A stretch of 63,286 bases of DNA, filler included, from Hyphochytrium catenoides (taxonomy: Eukaryota; Protista; Hyphochytriomycota), in NCBI GenBank assembly GCA_900088475.1. It is 12 parts of 12 records of this genome, joined end to end, with 100 filler letters (N's around TTAATTAATTAA, not from the genome) between each part and the next. Parts side by side here need not be neighbours in the genome. Positions count along the whole stretch, not along the records: positions 1 to 8,999 come from FLMG01000434.1; positions 9,100 to 15,582 come from FLMG01002996.1; 10 more parts are not named here. One strand, given 5' to 3'. Position 1 is the stretch's first letter, and each line of letters begins with the position of its first letter. A program made the position numbers and the translations under genes. Shown in pieces: positions 1 through 13,288 of this stretch. Below the pieces are notes generated by a model. The model saw only the letters and a program-made list of their open reading frames with translations, made no database searches and had not been told where the DNA came from.

Positions 1-3000
1 AAAAGCCTTTTTTCAAGTAAAGAAGATCAACCTGGAGCCAGGACGATATCCCTACTCATGCTTATTAACTGCCGAAGCACGCAGCTTGCTGCCTGCAGAC
101 AACATAACCGGCCCTTTCCTAGCCAGGCAGTAGAGAGGTTGATGATACAGAAAATAGTTTGCACTCACATATGGTAGTTTAATCACCAGGAGGGGCGGAG
201 GAGGGGGCCGTAGTCTTCTTTCGATGGTGATGTCGCCAGAGCGGCGGTCACCACTACCACGATTATCGTATAAAAAAGCACCTACACTTTCTCTATAGAG
301 AGTTTCTATTATGCTGTCTTTCTCTTGCAAGGGTAACTCCCCACTCCTCATGAGTAAACTCCCTAGTAAGCCGAGGCCCAGGATCCTTCTAAGTCTCAAT
401 CTTCCCTTCTCTCCCCTCAGCAACGTTTGATGATATCGAGAGAACCAATAACGCTAAAAAACAGTCAAACGGGGAGTGAGAACTCTGCCTACAAAGCAAG
501 CTGTCTTGGCTTTTGAAGTGCTGATCCAAGAGGCAACTTCTATAACAGGCTTGTTTGTAGCCTACCTGTGGCTTTTCCTATCCGTACGCCTTGTTGCAGT
601 TGATGTGGTTCTAAACAGAATCCCATCCATCCTATTGGCCACCTTGAGAGCAATTTACGTTCTGATTGGTCAATCATCAAGCACAATCTTCCAAATAGAC
701 CGTCTAGGGATTCGCCTCCTGTGTAAAGAAAGAACTTATTAGCACCTGCTCCTATCGATTATTTAGGAGAAGCACCGCCCTTCTTCTCAGCTTTCACTAG
801 TAGGAAAAAAGGTTCTAGTTCTAAAACCTCTAACTCTCTCTACTACGACTAGTAGGACAACAGCTAGGACAACTGTGTTTGTATGTACCAGTATCGAAAG
901 CCAAGAAGCTTCATACTCTATTCCTCGTCCATACGGTAAACAGTAGTCTACTAGTCACTCCTTAATTTTTTCTAGTAATAAAGGCCACATTAACCGAAAA
1001 GTATTAAATAAGTGGAAAAATAGACTGGTTCTTGGTTCTGTCCGCCGTGTGTCCGAAAGTGGCGCCTCTGTGCTCCTTCGGGCAGTGCATCCTGAAGGGC
1101 TTTGGTCATCTTTAATAACGGTGACTGTGGACTTATTTGTGGCAGGCAACCAGAGTTGGCCTTGTGGTGGCCTGTTGTCGTGCCGCTGCTGGCCTTCCTA
1201 GAAGAGATGATGTGGTGCATCGTGATGGAGGAGCAGAAGTAACGAAATCACCGCTATGGACTACGCAGCATCCGTCCAAGGTGCTTGTGTAAGACTATTC
1301 CTCGTCGTTAGGAAATGATGCGGATGCGGACGTTGTTGCTTATCCCATTCTGCTATAGGTTTGGGATCAGTTTGTCTTCGCTGAGTCTTTTAATTGCAGG
1401 TTCTTCTTGGTACTTTTAGCTTTTTTGGTCCAAAAGGATAGAACAAGCTAATATCAGGCAATTATCTCTTCTACTTGTAGACTGCTGTTGCGATTGATGA
1501 GCTGGAGCATCTCATCTTGCGGATCAATGAAGACACGTGATAAGGACACATTTCCTTCATTCTTGCTAAATAAAAGTTCAGTCCTCCTCACTTCGAGACG
1601 TGAATTTGGAAGCAAGTGCACCCTGTGAAGTGTGATTTATAATGTACAGGTAGCCAGGTTGGAACTCCTCGAGTTCTAAGTTCTATCCATAGGCAATTGT
1701 GAAGAAGTCTCAAATTTATAATTCTACGATCTCTGCCAAGTTTTCTGACGTTGCTACGGTTAATTAATAAGGGGATCTTAGCCTTGCTTCTGCTTGGTTC
1801 TTTTTTGGTCATGAGAACTGTTAGAACGGCGGCTAAGAACAAGTACCTGTACAAGAGTGTCCTGGGGGCTTCGTAAGAAAGAGGATAGAAAAAGTTATCA
1901 CGTTCATTGATAGCTTTTTCTCACTAACCTTCATAGTTCCTAGTGGTCGCAGTTGATGTAGACCAAGTAATAGGGAAGCTTGCCAGCTGCTGGTATATTG
2001 TCAGCCATGCTTCTCAGTCGAGGTGACGAGCCACTGAACTCATATCATTCGCCATCTAGATTCGGCGTAGGGACTTTTGATGCCATGAATGTGATACCGC
2101 AAGCTCTAGCTTGTGAACCCAAGAGGCCGAGGTCTATGAGCCTCTTTTATTGTCTGTATTATTACTCGTAACATTGAGGATTATGTTCCTTGTAAGCAGC
2201 ACCTGAAGCCCATTGCCTCTGGTTCTTATTTGAAAGGGGAGGATGGCTGCTTGTCGTGAAGAACGTCACTAACCTCCGTGTACAAAAAGACCCTAGAAGT
2301 AACTGTGCTGTCTTACCTTGAATGATACTTAAAGAGGCAGCTCTCTTACTATCAGAGCAAAAAGCATCATCAGAGACCAAGGGACAAGACCAAAAACTCT
2401 CCATACCACCCGTCGGCGGTTGCAGCTGCTCTTCTTCTAAGATCACTGTGAACAGCGCTCTGTACCCATGCCTTAGCGCCGCCCAAGCTCTTGCATTGTC
2501 TGTCTGTTCTTTCCTCTCGCTCTGAGTGCGATCAGTGCCCACTGTCGCCGATCATCATTCTTCCAAGATGTCCCACCTTGGACAAAGACAGGTTTCCGAG
2601 GTAAGAATTGGTTGGTGGCGGGCCAGGGGTGGGATGGTTGGCGCCTTTTTTCCCGACCTTTCAGAGTCATTGCTCATAGCTTCGCCGATCGCCGCGAAGA
2701 GATAGCTGTGGTGTCCTTTGAAAAGCGGAAGCTTTCATGTCAGAAGATAGCGTCCATTGAGTATAACTGCATTCATGGAAACATTTCCGCTTGATATTTT
2801 ATCCGCATCTTTCAGTACAAGTTAGTTGGGCTCTACTAGGGATTAAGCGTCAATGTGAGGAATTCTCCGGCTTCAAGATCATAGCTCTTAGGTAGCAGGG
2901 CATAAAGCAAGGGCAACCGGGTAAAGAAGGAATCGTGGTAGGGCATTACGATATGCCATTGCGACAATATCTGGTTGCCACCTTTCACATCTTTCTGTGC

Positions 3001-4698
3001 AGGGCTGGATGTTTTGTGGCAGGATCTTAGTCCGTCTGCCCTCCTCTCCCGCCTTGTTGAAGCATGGAACCTTGATGAGGGAAGGGAGGAGTGAGAGAGG
3101 AGGAAAAAGAACCCCTTCGGTCACGTTTCCTACCCGAACTTTATCCGTCAGTCGAGGATCTCAACCTTTTAGGACAAGGACAGCATCATGGACCATCCAA
3201 ATCTGGCACTACCTCCCACAGAGAAGGGAGGAAAGCCTATGCTTTATTATGTAAAGTACAAAAAGATGGAGAGAAAGCTCTCTAAAGGTTAACTTACCCC
3301 TGCTGTGCTTATTTTTACAGTTGAGGGGCTATTTTATTGACAAGACCATATTATCCATAGACCAGTTTATTTACTTTCTTTATTAAAAGGTTTGTTAAAC
3401 TATTAGACCTCCTCAACTCTTGCTCTGTCCTCTAACGAGTGAGTATATGGTATAAAGTATGAAGAGGGATTCGAGCTTTACTAAGAAGGCTCTTTCAAAC
3501 TCATTTCTCTTTGATTAGTTTTATGATATTCACTACGGACAGCATACAATGAAACGCTTTGATGACCTGATCTTCCGCCGGTCTCGCTGGAGTCAGTCGA
3601 GCTCACGGGACGGCCTAAGTGCAGTGATGGACGGCTGTTGCTCTGTTCCCTCCATCGCCCTTTCCGACTCGAAAATTTACCGCCTCGAAGAGGCTCCTTT
3701 TTCTCGTTCTCTAAGGTCTGTTCCTGTCATTTCGTACTGTCCCTCTCTTCTACTCCTTGAATATCTCGTCAGGCTTTACTGTGGTTCAATGTATTAGGTA
3801 TGGCGATCTGTGTTGCGATGTATCACTCTTTTTCCCCCTTTTGCAGTCAGCGACTGCAAGAGAGAATGTCTGCCCTCTGTCCACACAGTCACACGGATGC
3901 TCCATNNNNNNNNNNNNNNNNNNNNNNNNNNNNNNNNNNNNNNNNNNNNNNNNNNNNNNNNNNNNNNNNNNNNNNNNNNNNNNNNNNNNNNNNNNNNNNN
4001 NNNNNNNNNNNNNNATCCTTTTCTCTCAGAAGCTCCTGAATCTTCGGCTCCATCAACTCTGGTTCGCCTCTCTCTTGCCCTCTCTCTTCTCTCTCTTTTC
4101 TCTTCTCTCTCTCGCTCTCTCCTTCCTCATCTCTCCGGCCTTTACAGTTGTACCATTTCCCTCCGCATACTCCTCCAAGTTCAATGTCCGTAGCCTCACA
4201 CTAGAGAACAGAGAGACTTCTAGAGGTCTCGTTTCTCCACCTTTCACTTCCCTATCCAGACTTTTTCTCTCCTTTCAGTGGCCGCTGCTCTTCTTCCTGC
4301 ACCACCTCTATCCGCTCCCTTCATCTCTCTCTCTCTTCTTTCTCTTTCTCTCTCTCTCATCATAGTCCGACGATGAACCCTTGGGTCCTCATCCTCTCTT
4401 TGGACATTCAAATAGAACTTTGACTTCGAGGTGCCGTGACCTCACAGGAATCCTTAGGATTGCCGCTCGGCCAAGGCCCTGCCCCCGCGCGCTCTTTCCC
4501 TTTTGAGTTGCCCTCTTTCTCTCTCTTCTCTCTATTCTACCTTGCGCCTCTCTGTTTCCCTCAGTATCCAAGTTGCTGTGTGGCCACGACGATATCGTTC
4601 TTCACTGCCGAGCGCTAGCGCTTGTTTGCCGCCTTTTGCCACGGAAGAAGAGAGATTGGAAAAGAAGGAGTGCTCATCCAAGAAAACAGGGAAGAAGA

Positions 4699-6122
4699 AT
4701 GGACCGCATACTATCGGGCCGGACCTTTGTCAAGCCTCCAAAGATCCAGACCGAGGACTATTATCTAGGTCCTCGGGACTATGGGGAAAGAGCGGGAGAA
4801 GGCGGTATGGGAGACGTCCTGGATGCGAGCTCTGTGCTGGTAAAGCTAGGGAAAGAAGAAAGCGAGGGGAACGAGTCTTCCTCGTCTTCAGTCTCTTTCT
4901 CTTCTGGTCCAGGATACTCTTCTATCACGCCCATGTCAATGTCATCACACAGAGGAGAGAATGCGCCTCCAATGTCTCCCTCTCCGTCTTCGCCAAGAAA
5001 GACTCGCGCTCACGAAATCAGAAGAACAATCTCAAGGAGGCAGCTCGAGGAAAGATTTGATCGCCCTCTTCAGGATGTGGCCAAAGTGAGTAGATCTCTC
5101 TCTCTCTCTCTCTCCGCTTGTATCTTTCTCTTGTGCTAAGTCTCTCTCTCTCTCTTTGTCAATAGGAGTTTGGCATTTGCATCACACTTCTCAAGAAGAT
5201 CTGCCGGGCGCATAACATCCCCAAGTGGCCGCACAGACAGATCCGTAGCGTCAATACCACGATTGCCTTGTTGGAGAAAGAAGTAGAGACGGGCATTCTT
5301 CCTTGCGAGAGAGAGAGACTTGAAGCAAAGATATCCTTCCTGAAGAGCCTCCGCTCGTCCATTATCAGAAACCCTAACGGACGGCATGGGTCACTGAAGA
5401 GAAATGCTCTGATGGGCCGAAGCGAGGGGAAGAGTCCAAGAGCCAACAATCACTCTTCTCTCTCTCCTGTCTCTTCTCTCTCCTTCATCTCTTCTCAGCG
5501 ATCGGGACTAGAACTATCTTCCCATCTGCAGGGCTACCATCATCAACCACAAGGTTCTCCTACCGCCAACACCCCTCGCCTTCCCTCGGTTGCCTATGCT
5601 ACGGGAGGAGTTGTGCCTTCCCTCTCTTCATCTTGCTCTTTCTCTCAGTACGAGGTTGCGCCTTTTCCTCGGTCAATCTCCCCTCAAGCCTACGCGGCCG
5701 CAGATGCGGCTGGAAGAAGCTTCTTCTCTGGTCGAGAGCTGCTCTATTCCCCAAGAGTAGGACAGGATTCAGCTGTTGCTCTCCCGTCTTTCAAAGGTCC
5801 TTCTCCTACTACTAGTTTCTCGTCTCTCCCTTCTCCCACAGCTTGTATGGAGCCCTGTGTTAGCAATTCTTCCTCTCAGTCTCCCGTTGCCCCTCCTTTC
5901 TCCTCGCCGGCTCCTTCTCTTTATCGTCAACGCTTGGAGCAGTTCAAACGACAAGCGCAGATGCAGGAAATCGATGTTTGGAGAGTCAGCGGCCAGAGCG
6001 GAGCTGGATCACCAAAGGGCTCTCCTCTCCCCGTCCTGCCCAGCCTGAAGGACACGCTCAGCAATGGAGGAAGAGCCACTTTCCGATCTGGGTCGTCTCT
6101 CTGCTCAATACTCTGTCAGTGA
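4699..6122 (+). CDS. RWP-RK domain transcription factor (~447 aa, 2 exons: 4699-5085, 5166-6122)
   Basis: Removing intron 5086-5165 (GTGAGT...GCTAAG...TAG) gives ISRRQLEERFDRPLQDVAKEFGICITLLKKICRAHNIPKWPHRQIRS, an RWP-RK signature, followed by an S/P-rich tail. Start ATG is inferred. Confidence 0.88.
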
Positions 6123-8999
6123 GCTGTGGGAAGTGCCGAACAAATCAGAGCAAAACGCTAAAAGGAGGCTTCAATAGAGCCAACGACGGGACCAGATCTC
6201 GCTTCAAAGGGAGAGTAAGAGCTAAAGAATAAGGTTTCTTCCCCCACTTCCTCCCTGGCAGGGAAGACCTTCCTGCAAGGCGTGGAGAATCCTCTCAGGC
6301 TTATGTGCAGTCAAGAGCTTCTGCTATGTAGAAGTATACAGCGAAGATCTCTCTCTCCCTCTCTGTTCCTATATCAGGATCACTCCTCTTGCTTATGGAA
6401 GAGCAAGCTTATTGAGAGATGAGTACCGGTCCTGTCGATTGAAAATGCTTGGGACAGCTCTCAGCCCGATGTCATCGCTCTTCCCCGCGCTCCATTGTTG
6501 ATGTTAATAGTGTTACCTTTGTAAAAGTCAATAATACTTTTGATGTTTGATGTCCTAAGAAGCCACGGTCGAGTGTACTGGTTGGAGCTCTTGTGCATGA
6601 TAGTCCCACATAAAGAGGGAGACTGTCCTCTCAGGGTCGCGCAGGAGACGTCTCTGCTGCCAACAATGTCAATAGTTTGGTTGCACCGTGGATGGGAAAA
6701 GGAGTTTCTCTTTCCGATGTCATTGAGAGCTTCAGATCTTTCTTGTCAAAGCCAAGGAGAGAGAAGTGCTCTGAGCAATAACATCTTGAAGAGCTGATTA
6801 GAGGAAGAGATCGCTAATAAGGGAAATACAGGAAAAGAGCAAGAGAGAGAGAGCTGTGATGTGTGGGCCATTCTATGAAGAGAAGTAAGCAGCCGCAGAG
6901 GGTGGGCACCATTTCCTGATGGTTATGCAAATGCTGAAAGGCAGCAGGAGCAGCGTAGCCCACAAGAGTTACATGGCATGATCTTCAACTTGGCGATGGC
7001 TCTGTGTGGCTCCAAGCCTATGAAGGCAAAGAATTTGACGGGGCTCCAAATGTGAGCACAAGCTGCTATGGTCAAAGCCATCAATGATGAATAGCAGCAT
7101 GAGAGACATCGCAGCCCTTGGTGACCACAGAGCAAGACTCAAGATCCAGCACTAACCACTGTGTCTTTTGCCTGTGAGCCGTCGATTGATGGCGGCACAG
7201 ATCTCTATTTATCGCATAATAGCAGCGCTCTTTGAGCTTGATCAGGATATATCGAGGTTGGCCCAACCGCGACAGAGCGTTGGAGGCTAAGGTCACCCTG
7301 CCTTCCTTTCTCTATTCGCACCGTCTTCTTTCACATTGACTGATTATTGTCAGCCCAGACTTCTTTCTCTCTCTTTATGCCTCTTGTGCTATTCTCTCTT
7401 TCTCTCTCCCTCTCTGGGACTCCCCCTCTCTGTCTGTCTCTCACTCATACATACAAGAGTAGGTACGCCCTCTCTCTCTTTTCTGTCTATCTCGCTATCT
7501 ACTGTCAGCACCAAGGCCATCAATCATCATGGCCAGCTTCTTTCTTTCCTGCATGAGTCTCTTTCCTCTTATTCTCTTCTCTATTCCCACCCCATCATCT
7601 TCACTGCTAGTACCAGAGGCAGATTGAGATAGTGGAGAGCGAGGAAGAGAGATAGGAGAGCGAGGAGGAGATCTTATCCCTTCTCTGTGTGCCAGGGAAG
7701 TGGGAGAAAGAGAGAGAAGTAAAGTCTGGCTGCCGTTCTCTCCTACGTGATTTTCTGCTTGTCTCTCTCCTGAGGCTGAGGGAGAGACGGGAGACGGCCG
7801 CGAAAGAGACATGCGAGCTAGAAAGGCCTTTTGATTCGGAGAGAGCCTGCTCTCCCCTCTCCTTTCTCCCTCTCTCTCCGTCTTGGTAGTGTCCTTTAGA
7901 ATCGCCTCTCTGCTTGGAGAGCGGGATGACGGAGATGTCCTTGGGGACTAGGGCACAGCGAGAAAACAGTTAGCAGTCTACTATCTGTACCTGACAGACC
8001 AGATACATCTACTTGAAGCAGAAAAGAAAACTCGAAGAGAAAGACAGAGAGGGAGCAGGCGACTGGTTGAAGGGGGAGCTGGGTGAAGAAGAACAGGCAG
8101 ACCTACAGCTCGGAAGAGCTTTGGGTGGAGCTGGCTCAATATAACCAAGTTACGCGGAGAAAAGCTGAAGAGATAGGTAGGCCCAAGGAAGCTCCAAAAA
8201 ACCGTGATGGCCTTGGGGAAATACAAAAAGAGAAGAGACAAAGAGAAAGAAAGAAAGAAAGCGAGAGAGAGAGAGAAAACGAGAGACAGACAGGGCGACA
8301 CACACGCACACAGAGAGAGAGAGAGAGAGAGAAAGAAAGAGAGAGAGAGAGTAGAGTAGTCTAGGACAAGATGGAACTAGTGAAACACCTACCAGTGGTA
8401 AAGCTCCTCTACTGATGACCTCAGCACTAACGTCAATCGTGAGGTTCATGGAGAGGTGCTTCCTGCGACTTGGAGACTGCGAGAGAAGAGATGCCTCTTC
8501 GTTTGCCGCCACTCTCTGTCCGTCGTCTCCTCTTCTTTTTGCCACATCTCGCGATTCTTCAACTCTGTCAGGCCTAAAGAAACCTGCTTTTCGGAGAATT
8601 GACGTCAAATTTTGATGGAAAGGGACAAGAGAAGAGAGGGAAAGACAGGAGAAGAGGAGGATGATAGAAGGACGACAGACAGAGAGAGAGAGAGAGAGAA
8701 TGACACACAGAGAACAGGCCAGTTGATAAACAAAGACGAGAGCAGCGAGGAGATGGAGAAGGAAATGAGGAGATATAGACAAAGGAGAAAGCCACGAGCG
8801 GGCACCCAATTTGCATTTCTCTTACGAGCGTCGCTGGTCCCAAGGGAGGAGAAGAAGGGAAAATGAAGCAGGTCAGCAAAACACGCTTGCGACGTTTCCG
8901 ATCTCTCCTTCTCCTTCAATTTCTGATATAGCTCCATCGCGTCGTGAGGGAGCGGAGGTGCTCCTCGGCTCAATCTCTCCTGTGAGAAGGAGTAACAGC

Positions 9000-9099
9000 N
9001 NNNNNNNNNNNNNNNNNNNNNNNNNNNNNNNNNNNNNNNNNNNTTAATTAATTAANNNNNNNNNNNNNNNNNNNNNNNNNNNNNNNNNNNNNNNNNNNN
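9000..9099. other. Artificial contig linker (44N-TTAATTAATTAA-44N), first of 11
   Basis: The same spacer recurs near 15583, 16846, 18105, 21954, 24694, 31955, 33410, 36249, 41136 and 61352. TTAATTAATTAA puts stops in all six frames. True gap sizes are unknown. Confidence 0.97.
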
Positions 9100-10336
9100 G
9101 AGAGAGAGAGAGAGAAAGAGAAAAAGGGAGGAGAGATTACAAACTAGAAAGGAGAGAGAACGGCAGAGACAGAGCAAGACAATAATGAGGAGAGAGAAGA
9201 AATAGAAGGAGAGACCGAGACAGACAGAGACAGAAGAATGAAGGGAGAGAGCTGGAGAGCGGGAGCGAGAGAGCACAGAGACGCACTAGATAGAAGGAGG
9301 AGGAGAGAGAGAGAGAGAGAGCTACCTGCATTGGAAGATCTGAGTGTCACGGCCTCCGAAGCTCGCCGCACAGCCATCAAAGAAGCTCGGAGAGTACTTG
9401 GACCTGTCCACTTGGAGAGAAAGAGAAGGAGAGACAGGACCAGGAGAGAGAGAGACCTCAGCAACTGAGGAGAAAGACCGCCAGGTAAGAGAGCGTCCTG
9501 CTAGTGCTCTCGGGTCACCGCTGCGGGAGAGAGAGAAAGAAGAAGAAGGAGAGAGAGAAGTGAAGAGTTTCCTTTTTCGCCTGCTCTGGCCGCGTAACGC
9601 GCCCACGGCGGCTCTTCCTCCTGCTGCTGCTTCACTCAGGAGAGGCTGCACCGCAAGCATGGTGGCAGCTTCTTCTCTTCTTGGCCTTTTCTCTTCCTTC
9701 TCTCACCCTCCCTTTCTCTGCTCCACCAGAGAGAAGAAGATCCCTTCTCTTTTCCGTTTCTCTCTCTCTCTCTCTCTTCCGATCTCCAGGTCTGCCCTAT
9801 TTTGATAACAAGTGCTGATGGACAAGCGCCTTCCCTCTGCTTTCTCTTGAAGAATTGATCTTCCCCAAGTCCTTTCCCCNNNNNNNNNNNNNNNNNNNNN
9901 NNNNNNNNNNNNNNNNNNNNNNNNNNNNNNNNNNNNNNNNNNNNNNNNNNNNNNNCTCTTTCTCTCTCTCTCTCTCTCTTCTCTCTCTCCGACTCCTCTC
10001 TCTCTCTCCTTGCTTCTGATGGACTGTGACCCAGGGTAGCCGTTAGCGTCCCCTTGGGGCCCTTACTGTCCATGTTTTCCAAGCTGCTCTCTCTCTCGAT
10101 ATCTTTGCATCTTCTCTATTTCTCTCTCTTTCTCTCTCTCTCTCTCTCTTTCACTGCCTGACTCTCTCCCTCTTTTCCCACCCTCTCCAGCAGCTTCTCC
10201 AGCACTCCCTCGCTCACTCTCTCCTTCTCTCTCTCAGCAGCGCACTGCCCAGCCCTTATAATCCTCGCCCTCTGTCTCCTCGATCGCTCCTACGACCATC
10301 TATCTCTCTACCTCTAGAGAAGCCACACGTCCCACT

Positions 10337-10564
10337 ATGAAGAAGAGACAGTCCACGCGGCAAAAAGAGGAGGAAGAGAGAGCTCGGCGAGAGAGAGACA
10401 GAGGACCCGCTCAGCTGCAGGACGAGCTGGGCCTGAGAAGCAGAGGAGAAGGACTTCACTATCTTCACATCGTGGTGGGCATCGTAGCCTGCGCTGTCTC
10501 TCTCTTCCTTGCAGAACTCGTCGTCCAGATGGTCAAGAAGCTCCTCTATCCCCAGACCTCGTAG
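10337..10564 (+). CDS. Possible small tail-anchored membrane protein or terminal exon
   Basis: 75-aa ORF with a charged N-terminus and one hydrophobic segment (LHIVVGIVACAVSLFLAELVV) near the C-terminus. No family recognised. Confidence 0.3.
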   Translation: MKKRQSTRQKEEEERARRERDRGPAQLQDELGLRSRGEGLHYLHIVVGIVACAVSLFLAELVVQMVKKLLYPQTS

Positions 10565-10744
10565 AGAGCAAGTGCAAGCAGGCAGAGAGAAAGAGAGAGA
10601 GAAAGAGAGAGCAAGCATGTGACGGGAACAAAGACTGCTTCTACGCTTAGTATAGACGAGGAAAAGAAGAGACTATTGCCCATCTACGGCTCGGCGTCTC
10701 CCTCGTCCTTCTTTCCTTCTTGCGTTCAGCCTTCACATTGTCTC

Positions 10745-10788
<44 letters not shown>

Positions 10789-10873
10789 TCTCATACGCTC
10801 ACTTTCACCACACACACATTCCATACCCTTGTACTACGTTGTCTCCCTCTCTGGAATCGCTCTGTTTCTCATA

Positions 10874-10905
<32 letters not shown>

Positions 10906-11411
10906 TCTCTCTCTTCGTTTAGAGAGTAGCGAGGGCATTGCCTCTTTCTCGTTCTGCTCCTCTCTCTTCTCATCTATAGTCTTAGCAGGGGACCTTCCTG
11001 CTGTGCTTCCAGGACAACGGAGTAGAATTGACAGAGCTGAGAAGGAAGAGAGAGACAGAGAGAGACAGAGAGAGAGAGAGAGAGAGTATGTAAGTCAGAC
11101 TACGGGGTCACACGGAACTAAAAGCTAGGGAAAGAGGCCGCTAAGCTGGCAAAGAACTCTTTGGCTCAACTTAGATCCGTTCTCTCTCTCTCTCTCCGCT
11201 TCTCTCTCTCTTTCTTTCTTGCTCTCTTCTCCTGTCTCTTTCCCTATTCTCAGGCATGGACAGTGCCTCCTTCTCCTCCTCTGCGAGGCCAAGGTTACCT
11301 TCATAGTCAGAGTCTGTCTCTCGGTGAATGATCTCTCAATAAATAGAATTGCCTAGTCAAAGAGAGAAGCTGAATGAGACTATGACAGGCAAAAGAGGAG
11401 GCGAGGGAGAG

Positions 11412-11458
<47 letters not shown>

Positions 11459-12199
11459 ACGTCCGGGAGAGGAAAAAAAGACAAAGTCTAGGAAAAAGCG
11501 GAAGGGCCCATTCTTAAGGTTTGCTGCCCTCAGTCAGAACACAGTCAGACGGAGAGACAGGGAAGAGAGAGAGAGAGAGAGAAGACAAGACGAGCGTCAC
11601 CTCTTTGCTGGCTCCTCTGGGGACGAAGAGGCGGCGTCCCACCGCAAGATAGTCTGAGTAGCTGACGGAGATCCGCTCGCTGTAAAGAAGAAGAGATGAA
11701 GAGGCGTCAATTCTCAAGCGTGGATCCTTGGAAGAAAGTATCCGCGACTCTAGTTGACGCTGTAAAGTAATGCAAGAGGAAAAGAGAGAGACACGAACAG
11801 AGCGGGAGAGAGAGAGAGAGAGAGTAGATTATCAGTGCTGAGGTGCGCATGCATCCTTTCTCTTTCCTTTTCACATTTCTCTTCCCTATGGGCCCATTCT
11901 TCTCTTTTTAGTTGCCTGCACATCGAGTCTCTCCCTCTACTCCGTCCCTTCTTCTCTCTATTGAAGAGAGAGAGTTGTTCCCTCTTAGCTCCGTTCCATG
12001 TTTCTCTCTCTCTTCAAGGTCTTCGTGGATGTCGTCTTCATTCTCTTTCTTTGCTTCCCTTCGTGGATAGAGCTAGTATTTGTCAAGATTCCATGTCTCT
12101 CTCTCTTTTTCCCTCTCTCTGTCTCTCTCTTTGCCTCTCTGTCTTGCCTTTTTTCTCGGTCAATCAATTTTGTTCTCTCCATAACTCTCTCTCTCCCTT

Positions 12200-13132
12200 A
12201 CTTGTCTACTGGCTGTACCTGCAAAGCCTGCCTCAGCTCTAGAAAGAGAATAACATCCTCCTTTCCCCCACACCTCCCACTCAGAAACTTGCCAAACCTC
12301 TCCACCTCGGGATGCTATGTGCCGTTGAGGAAATAGCCCAGAGAAAGAGAATGAGAGAGAGAGAGAAGCGAAGAAAGAAGAAGAGAGAAGAGTGAGGAAA
12401 GCGTTACAGTTTTGAAAACATAAGGGGAACACAGAGAAAGAGAGTGGCAGAGAGGCCCACGAGTGAGAGAGAGTGAGAGAGATAGAGAGACACACAGAGA
12501 GACAGAGAGAGAGACACAGAGAGACAGAGAGAGACCAGACAAAGTCGTGTGTGCTTGTGAGAGTATGAAAGCAGACAGAGAGAGACGAAATGATTTCTGC
12601 ATATTCTTCGGCGTGGTGTAGGAGAAAGAGAGAGCCAGACAGGCAGCCAGACAGATAGAGAAAGAGAGACAACGGGCGAAACAAAGACAGCAACAGGGAG
12701 AGAAAGAGAAAAGAGAATGCTGGGTTTTGCCTACCTCTTTCCATTTCTCAACAGCGCTAAGAAGTTCGTCAAAAGCGCGTGAGATCACCTCTCCCAGCCC
12801 GAACTTCTCCTGCAGATACCGCCGCGTCGCTGAGGGAAAGTCCAAGAGCTAGACAAGGAGAGAGAAGACAGACGGATGGTTAATGGGAAGAGCGTACGAC
12901 TCTGAACTTTGAGAGGAAAGAGGGAAAGAGAGACAGGAAGAGAGATTAGGAAGAGCTACAAGGGACACAACAACAGTGATGAGTGAGAGAAAAAAAGAGA
13001 AGACTATCTGCAAAGGTAAAGATGGAGAGGACGTTGAGAGAAAGTAAGAGAGCGGGTTGGGAGGTGGGATTGAGGTAGGGGAAAGAGAGCGAGACACAGA
13101 GAGACAGAGACAAAGACAGAGAGGAGAGAAAA

Positions 13133-13177
<45 letters not shown>

Positions 13178-13247
13178 AGAGAGAGAGAAAGGGAGAGAGA
13201 AAAAAGAGAGAGAGAGAGAGAGCGAGAAAGAGAGAGAGAGAGAAAGG

Positions 13248-13288
<41 letters not shown>

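Noticed and set aside
9044-9055. Recurrent palindromic TTAATTAATTAA as a biological motif or repeat array
   Set aside because: It is always centred in N runs of fixed length; it is an artificial six-frame-stop contig linker.
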